A stretch of DNA of 64,000 nt from Gordius albopunctatus. Lineage: Eukaryota. Positions 12,586-26,570 of this stretch are shown here, piece after piece. The DNA lies in contig OZ193909.1 of NCBI GenBank assembly GCA_964276515.1, positions 3,038,001-3,102,000 of the forward strand, given 5' to 3'. The position numbers and the translations under genes were made by a program. The notes below the pieces were generated by a model. The model did not search any database, was not told the origin of the DNA, and worked only from the letters and a program-made list of their open reading frames with translations. How positions within the stretch are numbered: the first letter of the stretch is position 1; the number at the start of each line of letters is the position of its first letter.

Positions 12586-15500
12586 TAAAATGGCGTGAGA
12601 ATAGCCTCAAAAAACGTTAAAGGCATTTTTTTGCACTTTACCTAAATTTAACACAAAATCTCAACGAGTAGGGAAAAACTCAAAACATATAATTGTTCAG
12701 CCCAAAAACTCTATAGAAATATTTGTACGATTGTGGGACATTACTAATAGACATGTTTAATTAGATAATTGTAACTTATACATTTAATCTTAATCGTCAG
12801 ATACCAGTGTAATGTGTAGGTGACGCAACTTTGGAACCACTTTTCTCGAAAACTACTGAAGATATTTTGCAAGAATAAGTAAAATTAGCGGATGTAATTT
12901 TATTTTATTACTTCCTTTTTATTGGTTGTTGAATTATATTCATTCAAAATCGTAAAAATAGCAATTCCGACATGCCTTCTTTTATCAATATATATGTACA
13001 TACAAAATTAAGTTTTTGCAACTTAATTTACATATTTAAAAGCTGTATAATTTTTCCAACATTTTAATAGTAGTTTCAAATTCATATGAATATTTTAAAA
13101 TTTGCCTTAATGTTGAACGTCTTTACAGTTTACACTGGGACTGGGCACAGCTTATGTGTCTAGCGTAACCTTTTATGATTTAATCAGCGTGGAGGAAGAA
13201 TAGTCGAGAATAGCAAATATTTTGCGCTTTTAAACTATGAAAAGTCTGAATAGGGGTCAAAGTAGCAGAATGATGAAAAAGTAGCAGAAAACATCGTGAC
13301 ACGAAAATTTTATATATTGTGGTAATTCGATTGATTTATCGCTTGATTTATTCTATTACTTGAACCGAAGTTATGATTATTGAGGATTGTTGTTGTTGGT
13401 GTTGTTGTGTATGACTGAGGAGATGCACCGTGGTATAAAAGAACAGAAAGCAACATACACTCATTCACTTACTCACTTACACTCTCTTCCCCACCCATTC
13501 ACAAATTCACTAATTCATTATTCGCTTAACCATTTTGTACAATCGCTCACTTACTTACTTTTCACCTATGTTAACGTTGCCAATTCGCAGTTAATACGCC
13601 TATAACATTGGTCATTTAATTGTAATTATACCGTGTAAATTATATCTTGTTCGATTATCCTTGGAAATTATGTAAGTATTGATCCTGTAACATCTTTAAA
13701 TAAAGTAGATATATTTATTAGTTTAAAACAGTTTATATTAGTAGTAGATAATAAAGAGTTGGAATAGATTATAACAGTAGGTTATAACATATATTAGATT
13801 CATTAAAAATTTAAAAAACAAATTAGCGTTTTTTAATCAAGTTTCCTTCATCGATGTTATTAAGATTTTCTTCATTCCAGATTTATAGAGTAAAATGTAT
13901 GGTGGAAAATCAGTACTTCTGAGTAACTTAAAAAAATTTAACCTTAAATAAAGTTTATAAATTATCTTACTTGGCATACGTGGTTTTCTTTATCCGGCCA
14001 CTGCAGTTCGCCAGTGTGAAGAAAAAAGAACATGTTTAAGAGAATATATTGATGTTTTAATATCTTTCAAAAAAATCACGACTTAAATTACGGGTCGGGC
14101 TTGGGCTTTGTATAAATTGCCTGAAATAGCTTGACCGATTGCCCTAAAGAGACCCGTCGCAGGTATCTAAACTGTATTTGAACCCTTGTAAAAACCTACA
14201 CAAATTACACAAAATATTGAAGCTATAGCGTTATACTAAAGACACATAGTACCCTCATTTATCCTTTAAAAGCCAACAAGAGTTGCACTTTTTCGCAAAT
14301 ATGGGTTCAAAGAAACTATATTGTAAATGTTACACATACTCCATGCCGTGCCCAAAGCTGTGTGGGGGGGGGGGGAGTGGAAAATTCCTCACACCCCCCC
14401 CCCCCCCCTTGCAAAAATTAAATTTTTTTTATTAAATAAATTAGTAAAAGGTTTAGGTAGATTTATAGGCGAAGACTGATACACCTATAAATATTTTAAA
14501 AGTTTATGTATACTTTTTTTTATGTTCAAACAAAATTGGAAAAATTTTCTGACTAACTTTTATTTCACGACAACGCCGAGTAATTAATAATAATTTATTT
14601 ATTTAACTTTAATTTTCCGCGCGCGAGTTTCCGCGATAATATATTTTTTCTCACCGGTTACATCTTTTACGTAAAATTTTTCTATAAGTGAAAAAATGAG
14701 GTAAAAATTAAATATCACTAAATCAGGGTAATTAAAATCGACAAGGCCGGGTAATTAAAATACGTATCTATTTTTATAATCGCGATACTAACAAAGAAAA
14801 AATCATTATAAACGGAACGCGTATAAGTATGTGTGTATGTGGGGGGGGGGTGATGGAGTTTAAACAACTTGGCACATTTCCAGAGTAAATGTTTTTGAGT
14901 ACAAGGGACCATAAAAATAGATGAGTAAAAATAAGTAAGCGGGGGGAATACCACACTTTTTTGCTTGAATTAAATTTTCGACAAAAAAGCTTTTAATAAT
15001 TAATTTCCTTTTTCCAAATTCACTTGTTTACTTGCAAATAAACTTGAATGAGTGTCTTCCCCACAAGATCCTAGTAACTTTTAATTTTTTAGATTATAGG
15101 AGTAGTTCTCTGCGGGGATCTGAATACCTCATTTCCTTTTCATATCTAGAACAAGTTTTCAGCTATACATCCTTACGATAACAATGCAGAAAAAGGATTT
15201 TGACATTCAACAGGTAATACAATCCAATAACATTGCAACATAGACGAGCAAGTTTTTTTTATTAGTTCAGGCTAATTTAAATGATTATGTTGAAACATAA
15301 CTTAGATTTACCAAAAGAAAAATTTTATTTTAATATTTCCACTAAATCCATTAAGGTTTATTTACATTAACATTTTTTATCTTCTCGATCAAATCCCTTA
15401 TAATTAAACACGATTTGCATTAAAAAAATTTTTAAATAACTTGAATCCTGTTTTTGCCAGATGCGTCAATTATTATGCTAGAAACTCACAAAATATTTTG

Positions 15501-15739
15501 GCTAAATTTTGCTGAATTGATTTAAATGGCCCAAACATCAACAAAAATGAGATGGTTTATAGAATAAAAAGATGTTCTATGGGAAGAATGTGCACCAACG
15601 GATTTTTTCGGAACACATCTATGCTAAACACTGCGCGGCCCAGCATTTACAGAACTTTGATACAATTGTACATGTTTTCATTTGCCAGCTGTTCAACAGC
15701 TTTATTGTAATTTGACTATTAGGCATAAAAATTGTACTA

Positions 15740-18700
15740 ATGCTTAAATTAAGATTACTACATGCATTTAATCGGCAAACAATTTACTGGAAACGTTTTT
15801 CAGACGTTTCTCCATTGAATAACAAATTTTCTTTTGGTATAATATGTTTAGGGAATCATATAAAACATACTAGAATTAAGTAGTGAACAAAAGGAGATAC
15901 AGGATCTTGCAAGAAGATTCGCTCTCGACGAAATAATTCCTAAAGCTGCTCATTTTGATAAAACTGGGGAATATCCTATTGAAGTCATTAAAAAAGCTTG
16001 GAAATTAGGATTTGTAAATACTCATATTCCCTCAAAATATGGTAGAATTGAATTGAAAATTACTAGTTTTAACTATAATTAGGTGGCAGTGGTCTTAGTT
16101 GTTTGGATGAATGTATAGTTGGTGAAGAACTCTCTTATGGGTGCACTGGTATAAGTACAGCAATAGAAGCAAATTCTTTGGCAGAAATGCCTGTGATTCT
16201 TTTTGGAAATGAAGAACAAAAAAGCAGCTATCTTGGACGCATGGTGGAAGAACCATTACTAGCTGTAAAATTCTATTATATTATAATAATGGTTGCCGCA
16301 TACTTAGTATTTATGATAATTTTTACAGAAATCTGCACTGTTAAAATTTATATATAGGCTTATTGTGTGACTGAGCCTGGAGCTGGATCAGATGTTGCAG
16401 GTTTAAATACTAAAGCAGTTAAAAAGAAAGATGTATATCTAATGAATGGCCAGAAAATGTGGATAACAAATGGAGGAAAGGCAAATTGGTTTTTTGTATT
16501 AGCAAGAACAGATAGTAAGGCTCCAACTAACAAAGCCTTTACTGGATTTATAGTTGATGCTCATTCAAAGGGGATTATAATAGGGAAAAAAGTAAAGAAA
16601 TCAATTTGATTGATTTTAAAAGCATACCTTAGTATTTAATATCAACTCTTTTATTAATTTAAATTGGCTTACAATATTCTATAAATTTTAAAAATAAATA
16701 ATTGTCATATCAACACTTAATAGCATTTAGAGGTTTTTAAAGACAATTTAAGAATACAAAATCTGAGTCTGTTATGAGGCATAAAATTATAGTTTAATAT
16801 CAAATAAAAATAATCTTATAATGTATATAGTAGGTCCAGTTACAATTTGTTATTCTAGTTTATCTTAAAACTTGTGTAAAACAATTGTGTATATATAGAA
16901 TTCTATATTTACTTTTTTTAATTGGGAGTCTATTACAAAAAATAAAATGGTGTGATGACACATTTTAATTGCTATGAAATTTTTAAAATAATATTTGACT
17001 ACCCTTTTCTAGTTTTCAATTTTAAATAGCTTTAAAAGTGTTTATATCTTGGTGTGGGTTTAATGTTAGAACTATTTTTAGGGGGTTAATTATGCACTTT
17101 AAGTGTGTTCTAGCATTTAAAAAGAAACCCTTAATCAGGTTATGTTTTTTATTAAAAAGATTTTGAAAAATCTTCAAAGGATCATCTTAATTAATGAGAA
17201 TTTTTAACATCAATATATACAATTTATAATGAATTTTGGTTATTCCAAAATATATTCTATTAATTTATTAAAAATTACACAATCCTAATATATAATATTT
17301 CTTTAATTTTAAATATTATACCACGTGATTAATTAATAATTTGACATCATTTAAAATATTTAATGAAAATTGCTTAAACTTTTCATTATAACCATGGATA
17401 TTCTTTATGTTAGGAATGGAATATGGGGCAGAGAGCTTCTGACACCCGTGCCATAACTTTTGAAGATGTGGAAGTCCCTGCAAAGGTTCAGGCCTTTGTT
17501 TCGCATTACCAACTTTTTATGGCTAAATTATTGAATTTATATTCATTCGTTTAAACTATTGCTACACTTTGCCTTGTATAAACTAATATTCTTTACTATT
17601 TTAGAACGTTTTGGGTCAAGAGGGTATGGGCTTCAAAATAGCAATGGGTGCTTTTGACCGCACTAGGCCACCGGTATTTAAAATCTTTGTTTTTTTTTAC
17701 TTGAAATATTTGGAGTCGTTTGCTTTAAAATCTTATGCGAGTCATTCTAAAAAGTAGTGATGGGAAAATGCTTAGCACTAGCGTACTTAGGATCTTCCCG
17801 TTGATGCGAATATCCTATTATATACGCCATGTCTACTAGCACATAGTCACTTTAAGTGCTATAAGCTATTGGAGATGGGAGGTTTGAGGCGCTAAAGCTA
17901 TAGCCGATAGCACTTAAATGCGCTAGAGCTATAACACGGCGCTAACATCGATAATAATGTTTTTAATTGTTTTCACAGCAAAAGTTGTTAAATAGTTGTA
18001 GAAATAAAAGAAAGGATGGTGGCGCACAACAGATGTATTTTAATATCTAATAAGGATTAAAAAAATTATTATCAATGTTAGCGGCCTGCTATAGCTCTAG
18101 CGTATTTAAGTGCTATAGCTTTAGCGCCTCAAACCTCCCATCTCCTATAGCTTATACCACTTAAAGTGACTATGTGCTAGTAGACATAGCGGCATATGGT
18201 TGCTATGTGCTATAGCTTTAGCTCCTTAAAAACGCTATATCCCCATCACTACTAAAAAGAGTGAAACGATTTTGCAAATTGATGAAAAGCTCTATAAGTT
18301 TTTATAAACTCAAATTATATGTAAAGTTGTTGAAGCGTCGACATCCTGAAAGCTTAAAAAATTATTATCCTTAATTTTAGCTTTCATACCAGAGAGTTTC
18401 TTTTTACTAAAATTTAAGCATTTACATATTATTTAAAACATTATTGCTTAATTTTTTTGTGAAGTGAGGGATTATTGCAATTTTATATTAATATTCTCAT
18501 AATTTTTAGTGTATATTGTATTCTCATATTTTTATTTTATAATTGTATTCTCATTATATTCTCATATTTATTTTATTTATATGTGTATTCTCGTCGTGTT
18601 TGTATATTTCTGTCTCATCGTTCGTGTAGATATATTGTGGTATCGATGTAAGCCGCTAAGGATGTGTGACGTCGAATGTGAAAAATCGCGGTTATGTCGC

Positions 18701-21700
18701 TATTTTTATTAGGGAAATTGTGAGTATAGCTATTTTTATATCGGAAGGTGTGAGTGTAAAATTATAGTGGTTGTTAGTGTTAGTGTAGTCTTTGTATATC
18801 GCGCACAATTATTCGTACATATATATTTGTGAGGGTGCCTGGAAAAGGGGCATCGACCTAAAGGATTAAGCGCGTATGAGCTATATGTATCCATACGTTG
18901 GCGTGGCTGCAATATTGTGATAGAACACTAAGGCTAACGGTACGGTAGATGTCAGCCGAAAGAAAAAGAAGTAAAAAAGGGAGGTGTCATATATTTGAGT
19001 GTTGGAGAGAGAGACCTTGAAGGATAATTACCAGATGGCTAGACGATAACAAGCGTGGGACAAAGGAAATTTGAAGAAATATTAACGTAAAGGGCACAAG
19101 TGAGGATAACAGCTGGCTGAAGAGACACTACACAAGATATTATCAGAGACAAAAGAACTTCTACCAATCATTATTGAAGAATATTAACGTACAAGTGAGG
19201 ATAACAACTGCTGAAGAGACACGACACAAGATATTATGAGAAACAAAAGACCTCTTATCATTCATTATTTAATTTTCCTAACATACTACGTTTTTGTAAT
19301 AAACGTTATATGTTAGGAAAATTAAATAATCACGGATATCAGGTTTTTTGTCTCTGATACTATCTTCTGTCGTGTGTCTTGAGCCAGTTGTTTTCCTCAC
19401 TTCTGGCCTTTACGTTAATATTCTTTCTTAGATTTCCTTTGTCCAACGCTTGTTATTGTCTAGCCGTCTGTAATTACCCTTCGCATCTGGTGGTTAGTCT
19501 TCAAGGTCTCTCTCTCTCCAACACTCATATATATGGCACCTCCCTTTTTTACTCCTTTTTCTTTCTGCTGACATCTACCGTACCGTTAGCCTTATTGTTC
19601 CTTACCAATATTCCAACCACGCCAACGTTTCGATACATATAGCTCATACGCGCTTAATCCTTTAGGTCGATGCACCCTTTTCCGGGCACCCTCACAAATA
19701 TAAATGTACGAGTAATTGTGCGCGATATACAAAGACTACACTAACACTAACAACCACTATAATTTTACACTCACAATTTCCGTTATAAAAAGCGATACAA
19801 CTGCGATATTTCACATTCGACGTTACACATTCTTAGCCGACTTACATCGATACCCCTAACCCTTACACGAACGATGCGATAGACATATATAAACAATATG
19901 AGAATATACATATAAAATCACAGTAGTACACCCACACATGTAACATCGAAATAATATTTTAGGGAAATCAGTTTTATTTTTGATTAAATTAAGAGATAAT
20001 AAATAAAAAGGGCTCAAAAAAAACTATGCTGATATAATATTAAAATTGAGCGAGCATAGATCCATAAATCGAGATTGTATTCGATTTTTACATAATACGC
20101 TTCTGCATTGATTAAATTTAAAGAAATTTGATTACAATGTTTTTCGTACATACTAAATTTTTGAGCAAAACGGTTTTCTTGCATCAATTTCTTAGTGATC
20201 TAAACAAATTGAGCTTACTTTCTATTATAAATTCCTTGTTTTTAATATAACCATTTTTTTAGTAAAAACATTTATGAAATTAACAATACGATAGGTGATA
20301 CGAAGTAGCAATTATCGTTAGGCTGCTAAATAATGTGGTTTGGTATGTTTCGCAGGTAGCCATTAGTGCCGTCGGTTTAGCTCGCAGAGCCATGGACGAG
20401 GCTGCTAGATATGCCAACGAACGTAAAACGTTTGGAAAGGCCATAGCCGAGGTGAAATATATCACGTTAGGATAATACTTATTATATAAACATGTAAGCG
20501 AGCATTTTTGTTAACATTTTTTTAATCAGGTGTTTCCCTTTAAATCCATCTCCATTAAAAACTAAATGTTGATATAATCCTAAAACGACTAAAGTAAATA
20601 AAGAAATTTATACAGCAATTTAGGTATTAAAGTTTAATATCAGGCATGCAAAGTAAAAAGTAATTTATTATTCATACCTTAACTAATTGAATTTAAAACG
20701 TTTTGCAAAAAATTTTGCATGGTTGAAAAAGCAGACGATAACGCTTATATTCTACTTTGCCATAGATTTGAACCCAAAATATCACGATAGCAAATCTTAT
20801 AGAAATTCAAATAAATTTTTAATTTATATAAATTTACTTGTTAAAGTCATAAAACGCACTTGCATATTAATGGAAACATTGGTTTAAAACGCACCTCTCA
20901 ATAACCGTAATATTAGCCAGCCCAATTGTCTATCTAATCAAGAGTTCACGGAAATTAATTTACTCTTTAATATACAGCACCAAGCAGTAGCTTTCATGAT
21001 AGCCAACATGGCAATCGGGATAGAATGTGCCCGGCTCATAACCTATCGGGCCGCTTGGGAGGCCGATCAGGGTCAGCGAAATACCTATTACGCTTCTATC
21101 GCTAAAGCCTATGCCTCGGATGTTGCTAATCAATGTGCCACCGACGCGGTTCAGGTTTAAACCAACGTGCTTGTTTGATATCTTTAATATTATCAATATT
21201 TTTATGACAATCGCTATTCAAACTCTAGCCAATAAAGTTTTATGTGCAAACTACAAAATTTTGCCAAGGCTACTAATAGCCCCCAACGTTTTTCTTCCAT
21301 AAATATCTTATATCTACAAAAAAATTTACTTATATTTTACAGAAAAATACACATATGGTTTAAATTTAAAGTATATATCATTATTTTCTCAAAACAATTA
21401 CAAAGTTATTAGTAACCCCGGTCTCCTCTACTTTTTATATGTTTTTTATGACTTTGTAATTTTTATACATACGAATATTTTTGTGTTACTTCGACAGATA
21501 TTCGGTGGGTATGGCTTCAATTCGGACTATCCCGTGGAAAAGTTGATGCGCGACGCTAAGATATATCAAGTGATTTATTTCGAATAAATTATTTTTCAAA
21601 GAATACTTAACGCTAGATCTATATTTACTTAAGTTTGCGGAGACTTATTTTATTAGTAAGCGGCGATGATGAAAATTCGAAAGTTTTAACAGATGTTTTT

Positions 21701-21994
21701 GCGTTGGTATTTCAATGAGGAAGTTCGTTTAGAAAAATGGAAGTCTTACTTAATGTTCGTCTGCTTTAAAAAAATATGATGTAAATTAGTGGTGAATATT
21801 TATTTAAATACATACACGCTCGCAAAAAGTCATGCCTATCCAACTATGATCTGGCTTTGACTTATATTAGTTGCTATTAAATATCAAGTCAGTGCCTACA
21901 TATATATTTTTTTTAAATTTAGATCTACGAGGGTACCTCACAAATACAACGTATCATAGTTTCGAGAGAAGTTCTTTCTAAATTCAAGCAATAG
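15740..21994 (+). CDS. ACADM: Medium-chain acyl-CoA dehydrogenase, mitochondrial (~412 aa); exons 15740-15836, 15874-16041, 16083-16264, 16358-16591, 17414-17485, 17605-17673, 20356-20451, 20978-21154, 21498-21569, 21923-21994
   Basis: Basic presequence [97 protein letters not shown] (catalytic Glu). GT-AG and phase-consistent; 1239 nt. Confidence 0.95.
17755..18251. mobile_element. hAT-type MITE (497 bp) in ACADM intron 6
   Basis: TIR TAGTGATGGG / CCCATCACTA; perfect 8-bp TSD CTAAAAAG; internal ~75-bp inverted repeat at 17830-17905 / 18112-18187. Confidence 0.9.
18575..19918. repeat. ~1.35-kb imperfect palindrome (foldback) in ACADM intron 6
   Basis: Arms 18575-19293 and 19301-19918 are reverse complements throughout, centred on ACGTTT-ttgtaat-AAACGT. 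The left arm carries an extra ~100-bp internal duplication. Confidence 0.9.
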
Positions 21995-23809
21995 TTTTAA
22001 CATTCCTCGCCAAAACAAATGTATTATATTTGGATATTCTTAAATTTCGCAAAGTATTTATTTTATTACGCCGTGTACACCTAAAACCACCCTTACTATT
22101 TGTGCAAAAATGGACGGACGTTGCGGAATTGAACAATGCATGTGCATCAACTGTTTAAGTTGATTTGTCAATGCAAACATCAATGCAAATTTTTTCAGTA
22201 TTTTAACGTCGATTTTAGTGTTTATAAATTATATTTTGTCCGCGCTATCGCTTATAAACCTTTATATTTTTATTATTTAACCAAATTATACTAACCTTAT
22301 ATTATACAAGTTTTAATATTCTTTAAAATGGAATGTACATTATTTATTGATTTTAATATGGCAAAAATAAATTGAATTATCTGTTAAATAAATTCCCAGG
22401 TTTATAAATCAGAATCGGATTACTTGAAATCGATTAAAAAATATTTAATGCTAAATTATTCGAGACTTTTAGTATTTTCACTATAAGTACACTGGTCAAC
22501 AAATAATGGACTTATAAAATCAAGCGGCAAACCGTTTGCACATTCTGATAGAGTTTTTAAGGTGAACACAAATATATTTATAGTTTCTTCTCTATACGTC
22601 CAGTTTTTGAAATATTAGCTGTCAAAGTTGCTAAAAACAGCGATTCGTTTTTCAAACGTCGATAACTTGCAAATGAATCGGTTAAATTTTAGTTTAATAA
22701 ATTTGATTTGTAAATAAAGGTGTTAAAGTTATAATTGCACTGTTTTTAAACTAAATCCCTAATGTTTTTCCATGTGTTTCAAATTAACCACAATCATGAT
22801 ATACATCTTAAGAATTTGAGTTATTTGTGTGTCCTGCTGGTATAAATATTTATATCAAAATATGGGAGCCAAAAATTTTTCTTTTATCAATTTTGCGTAA
22901 TCACATCAACTTTTACTTAATAAAGTTTGTTTTTTATATACTCAATCTGTTGGATTGCACGCGTCTGCAATTAAGGGGCAGGATTATTATTTTAAAAGTA
23001 TAAGGTTTTGATTAGGCCATACTAAACATGTTTACCCTTTATTTTGTCTAACTTAACATATACATCGTGACCCTTTATTTTGTCTAACTTAACATATACA
23101 TCGTGCTTTTTACACTATCTAATTGCTTATAAATTGATTTGGGGGGGGGGGACTGGGACAGTAATTTTTATTCATGGCACAATTATTATTGTAATATATA
23201 CATATAATTTAAATTTCCCTTATTAGCAGTGATATATTTTTTTTGTCATATTGGTGCCAAAAGGAAAAATACATATTTTGCTCTTTTGACCAAATTGTTT
23301 TTAGATGGTATTTTGTTTTCGAGTAATATTATATCTAAGCTCTGCATGATGCTTTTTTTCTTTCTTCATTTGATATTTAAATCGTATATCCTATCAAAAA
23401 ACATAAACGATTTTGAAAATCAATTTCTTGAATTAGTCAATAAGTGTCTTAGTCTTGGTTAATTATTTACATTTAGGTAAGTTTTATCTAAGAAAAAAAT
23501 TTAAAATGGAATGGATCCAATTTTCTTATTGAACCCTTGGAAATCTCTTTGGCAATCTCGAAATCCCTCGACCCCTTCAGATTTTTCAATATTTTTATTG
23601 TTGTTTTTCTTAGTTTAAGATATGTAACCCCTAATTATTTAAATAGTTTTTAATTAACGTTTAAATAATTCAATTATGATAACAATTATTATGTCTTTAA
23701 CGTGATGCTTATTTATGAATATTGGTCTGAATTTATTTTGGTCCCATTAAGTCGGGCCTAACGGGCAGGTTGCTATTAGGACACTTTATAGGATTCGGGC
23801 GGATGGGGG

Positions 23810-25163
23810 CAGTGGCGTAGCTAGAGAGGGGGGGGGTAAGGGGCCATGACCGCATAGGGAAAAATCCTGGACCCTTTGCCCCTCCCGCCCTCAGGAACAT
23901 CCTGGCACCTCTTGGCTACCAAGCAAAATTAAATATATTGTAATTTAATTAATTATAATTATTAATTTTGTAATAAATAAAATTTTTTTAATTAAGCTTA
24001 GTGACAAATTTAAATTAAATTTCCGCTTTTATTTAATAACAAGCAATGAAAAAAGCGGACAATTAAAATTTAATCTATTTTTAAATGCTCCAAACTGCTA
24101 AAATTAAATATATATGGTATATTATTTGGGATCAATGAAATGATCTCTCATTTTACAAAAATTAACAATTTTATTTTCAATATATCTGCCCCTTTCTGCA
24201 CTCAAATTTATTGGTACAAACTCACTATATGCCATATATATATCTATGTAGCCTTAATATAATCTTTTTAATTACATTTTTTACTTGTTATTCTATATAA
24301 ATTTTCCATTATAAATAAAATTTATTTTATGCCCGGTAATTTTGCCTGGAGACCTGCACGGCTTTTGAAGGAAACAACGGTTCTGGGACGGGTAGTACTA
24401 TAACCTAGAGAGTTCGGGGCGTGTATAGATATAATTAATGCCCGCCGAGCCCGTTACAAATTCATATCGATCTTTTTTGTGTTGTAAATTATAAACAAAG
24501 GTGTGTATTATGATATTTTATATTAATTTACATTTATTTAGTGTTTATTAAATTAAAGAGAAAATAAAATTATTTCGAATTGATAAGTGTTTATTAGAAA
24601 CTATATTTAGACATGGTTCACTCCTATCATAACCCCTAAAGATCTGTAAACTTTAGAGTAGGCTAATTTCAAAATTTAGATGAGTTAAATTTTTTACATG
24701 CTCATTAATCTGTAACATATATATAATGTTTATTCAGTAAAAAAATGCAATAAAATATTAAAAGATGCAAGATAATAGTTTTTGTATACGATCCTCGGCT
24801 CGGAGTTTGTGAAATATTAACGGGACTAGTCTATCATTTAGGATTTTAATCTGCCCGGGGTTTGTATATTTGTAGCATGCGAACGGATGGAGCTAAATGA
24901 CTTGTTGCTGGTCTCTAATTTCGGATGCTCATGTGTAAGTGTAAGGTAAGCTAAAGAAGGAAGATATTAGATTTGGGAACATATTATTTATATGGATTTA
25001 AAGAGGTATGAGTTCAAATTAATTTTGGAAAAGAAACACAAAGAAAGAGCTAATTATTAAGTTCGACAAAATATTTTTCAATCGCCGTTGACCCTTTCCC
25101 ACTGGTTTAAAATATAAGTTTACCCACCCCCCTCCCCAGGGAAAAATGGTAGCAACGCCACTG
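23810..25163. mobile_element. Probable old hAT-like non-autonomous element
   Basis: TIR CAGTGGCGTAGCTA / TAGCAACGCCACTG; flanking 8-mers match only 5/8. Confidence 0.45.
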
Positions 25164-25450
25164 GACGTAGGCGGGTAATGTAATCATGAGTTGTGGGCAA
25201 GTCGGGTTCGGGCAGAAAAACTAGCAAAATGTGACCTATGCTTGCTTTGCCATTTAGGACAGCATCTGCCATTCGAATACTCGCATGTTTTTACAAAATA
25301 AGCACATGTTTAAAAATAAATATGCTTTTTTACAACATCTTTGTGTTTGGATATAAAACAACACACCCTAAATATTATTTAGGATATATGAATGTACTTG
25401 TAGGAAAACAAATTACAGTTACCTTGGAAGAGATTTGGTTGTATTGCAAT

Positions 25451-25859
25451 TAGAGGTGTGCACGGATCAAATTTTTTTGATCTGATCCGATCAGAGGGGT
25501 TTTTGAAAAATTTCATATCCATCCGATCCGATCCGAGTTTTTTAATTAAAATTTTACGAACATAACTTTTTATTGATGATTAAATTCAAAATACATAAAA
25601 ATAAGGTAATGCAATTTTAATAGACCTGAAATAAATATAAAATTTTATTTGACTAATTTTATATTATCATATAAAAATAATAAAGAATCTAAATTTTCTG
25701 GTTTAATTCGCGTTAGAATTTGATCCGATCCGATCCGAGGGGTTTTTGAAAAATTCCATATCCATCCGATCCGATCCGAGTTTTTTAAAATCTAAATCCG
25801 ATCCGATCCGAGTTTTGACGGATCGGATCGGATGTCGGATTGATTCGTGCACACCTCTA
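25451..25859. mobile_element. hAT-type MITE (409 bp)
   Basis: TIR TAGAGGTGTGCACG; perfect 8-bp TSD ATTGCAAT; subterminal ATCCG repeats. A truncated second copy begins at 39353. Confidence 0.92.
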
Positions 25860-25929
25860 ATTGCAATACGCACAAGGTAAAAATAAAAAGAATACACACA
25901 CATCATTTGAATATTATCGTTATCTATTG

Positions 25930-26570
25930 CTAAATAAACTCATTGGTATTATGTTTCACTTTGTCATTAAAATTCGGTGGCTTGGTAATATCAGGAAAGT
26001 GTTTTAATATGGAGTAAAAATCATTATTATTCTGTGGAATTGAACTGTTTATAGATGGCATTGAGGAATTGGTTATATTATATAATTTTAGAGAATAATT
26101 TTGTGGATTGATTATGCGTTTATTTTTAACATCAGTTATCAAACCAAAATGTGATATACAATCTGAACCTAATATCGGTGAATGAACATCTGGTATCAAA
26201 AAAGTCCATATAAATTCTATTTTTAACCCTATATCCAATGTTAACGATATTTGCCCGTAGGTATTTATATTGCTCGAATTAGCTGCCTTTAAACATAATT
26301 CATTTATTTTTACCTTCGTTTTTGTTGTCGGTGGGATTAGGCTAATTTGGGCTCCCGTATCAATCAAATAACGTAAACCTGATATTTTGTCAAACACATA
26401 GAAAAGGTGATTATGGTTGATATGGCCGGATCCAGCTATCGCCTTTAGTGGTAGACCTGCCTTTTTAACACTTTTCCAAAATAACATGGTTGGACACATT
26501 TCCTGGCGTTCGTTCCCCAGTTGTCATGGTACCAGCACCATGGTCTTCGAAATCCGTTCTTGTTCGAGTT
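25930..26570 (-). pseudogene. Ty3/gypsy CsRN1-type gag-protease remnant
   Basis: Gag knuckle CWYHDNWGTNARKCVQPC in one frame; protease YLIDTGAQIS...ILGSD..HFGL and ILKHFPDIT in the next frame. No RT or LTR found. Confidence 0.8.

Noticed and set aside
15526..15670. Upstream ATGs as the ACADM start (15526, 15621)
   Set aside because: The first closes at a stop and I found no supported in-frame splice for the second; ATG 15740 already gives a presequence and a normal length.
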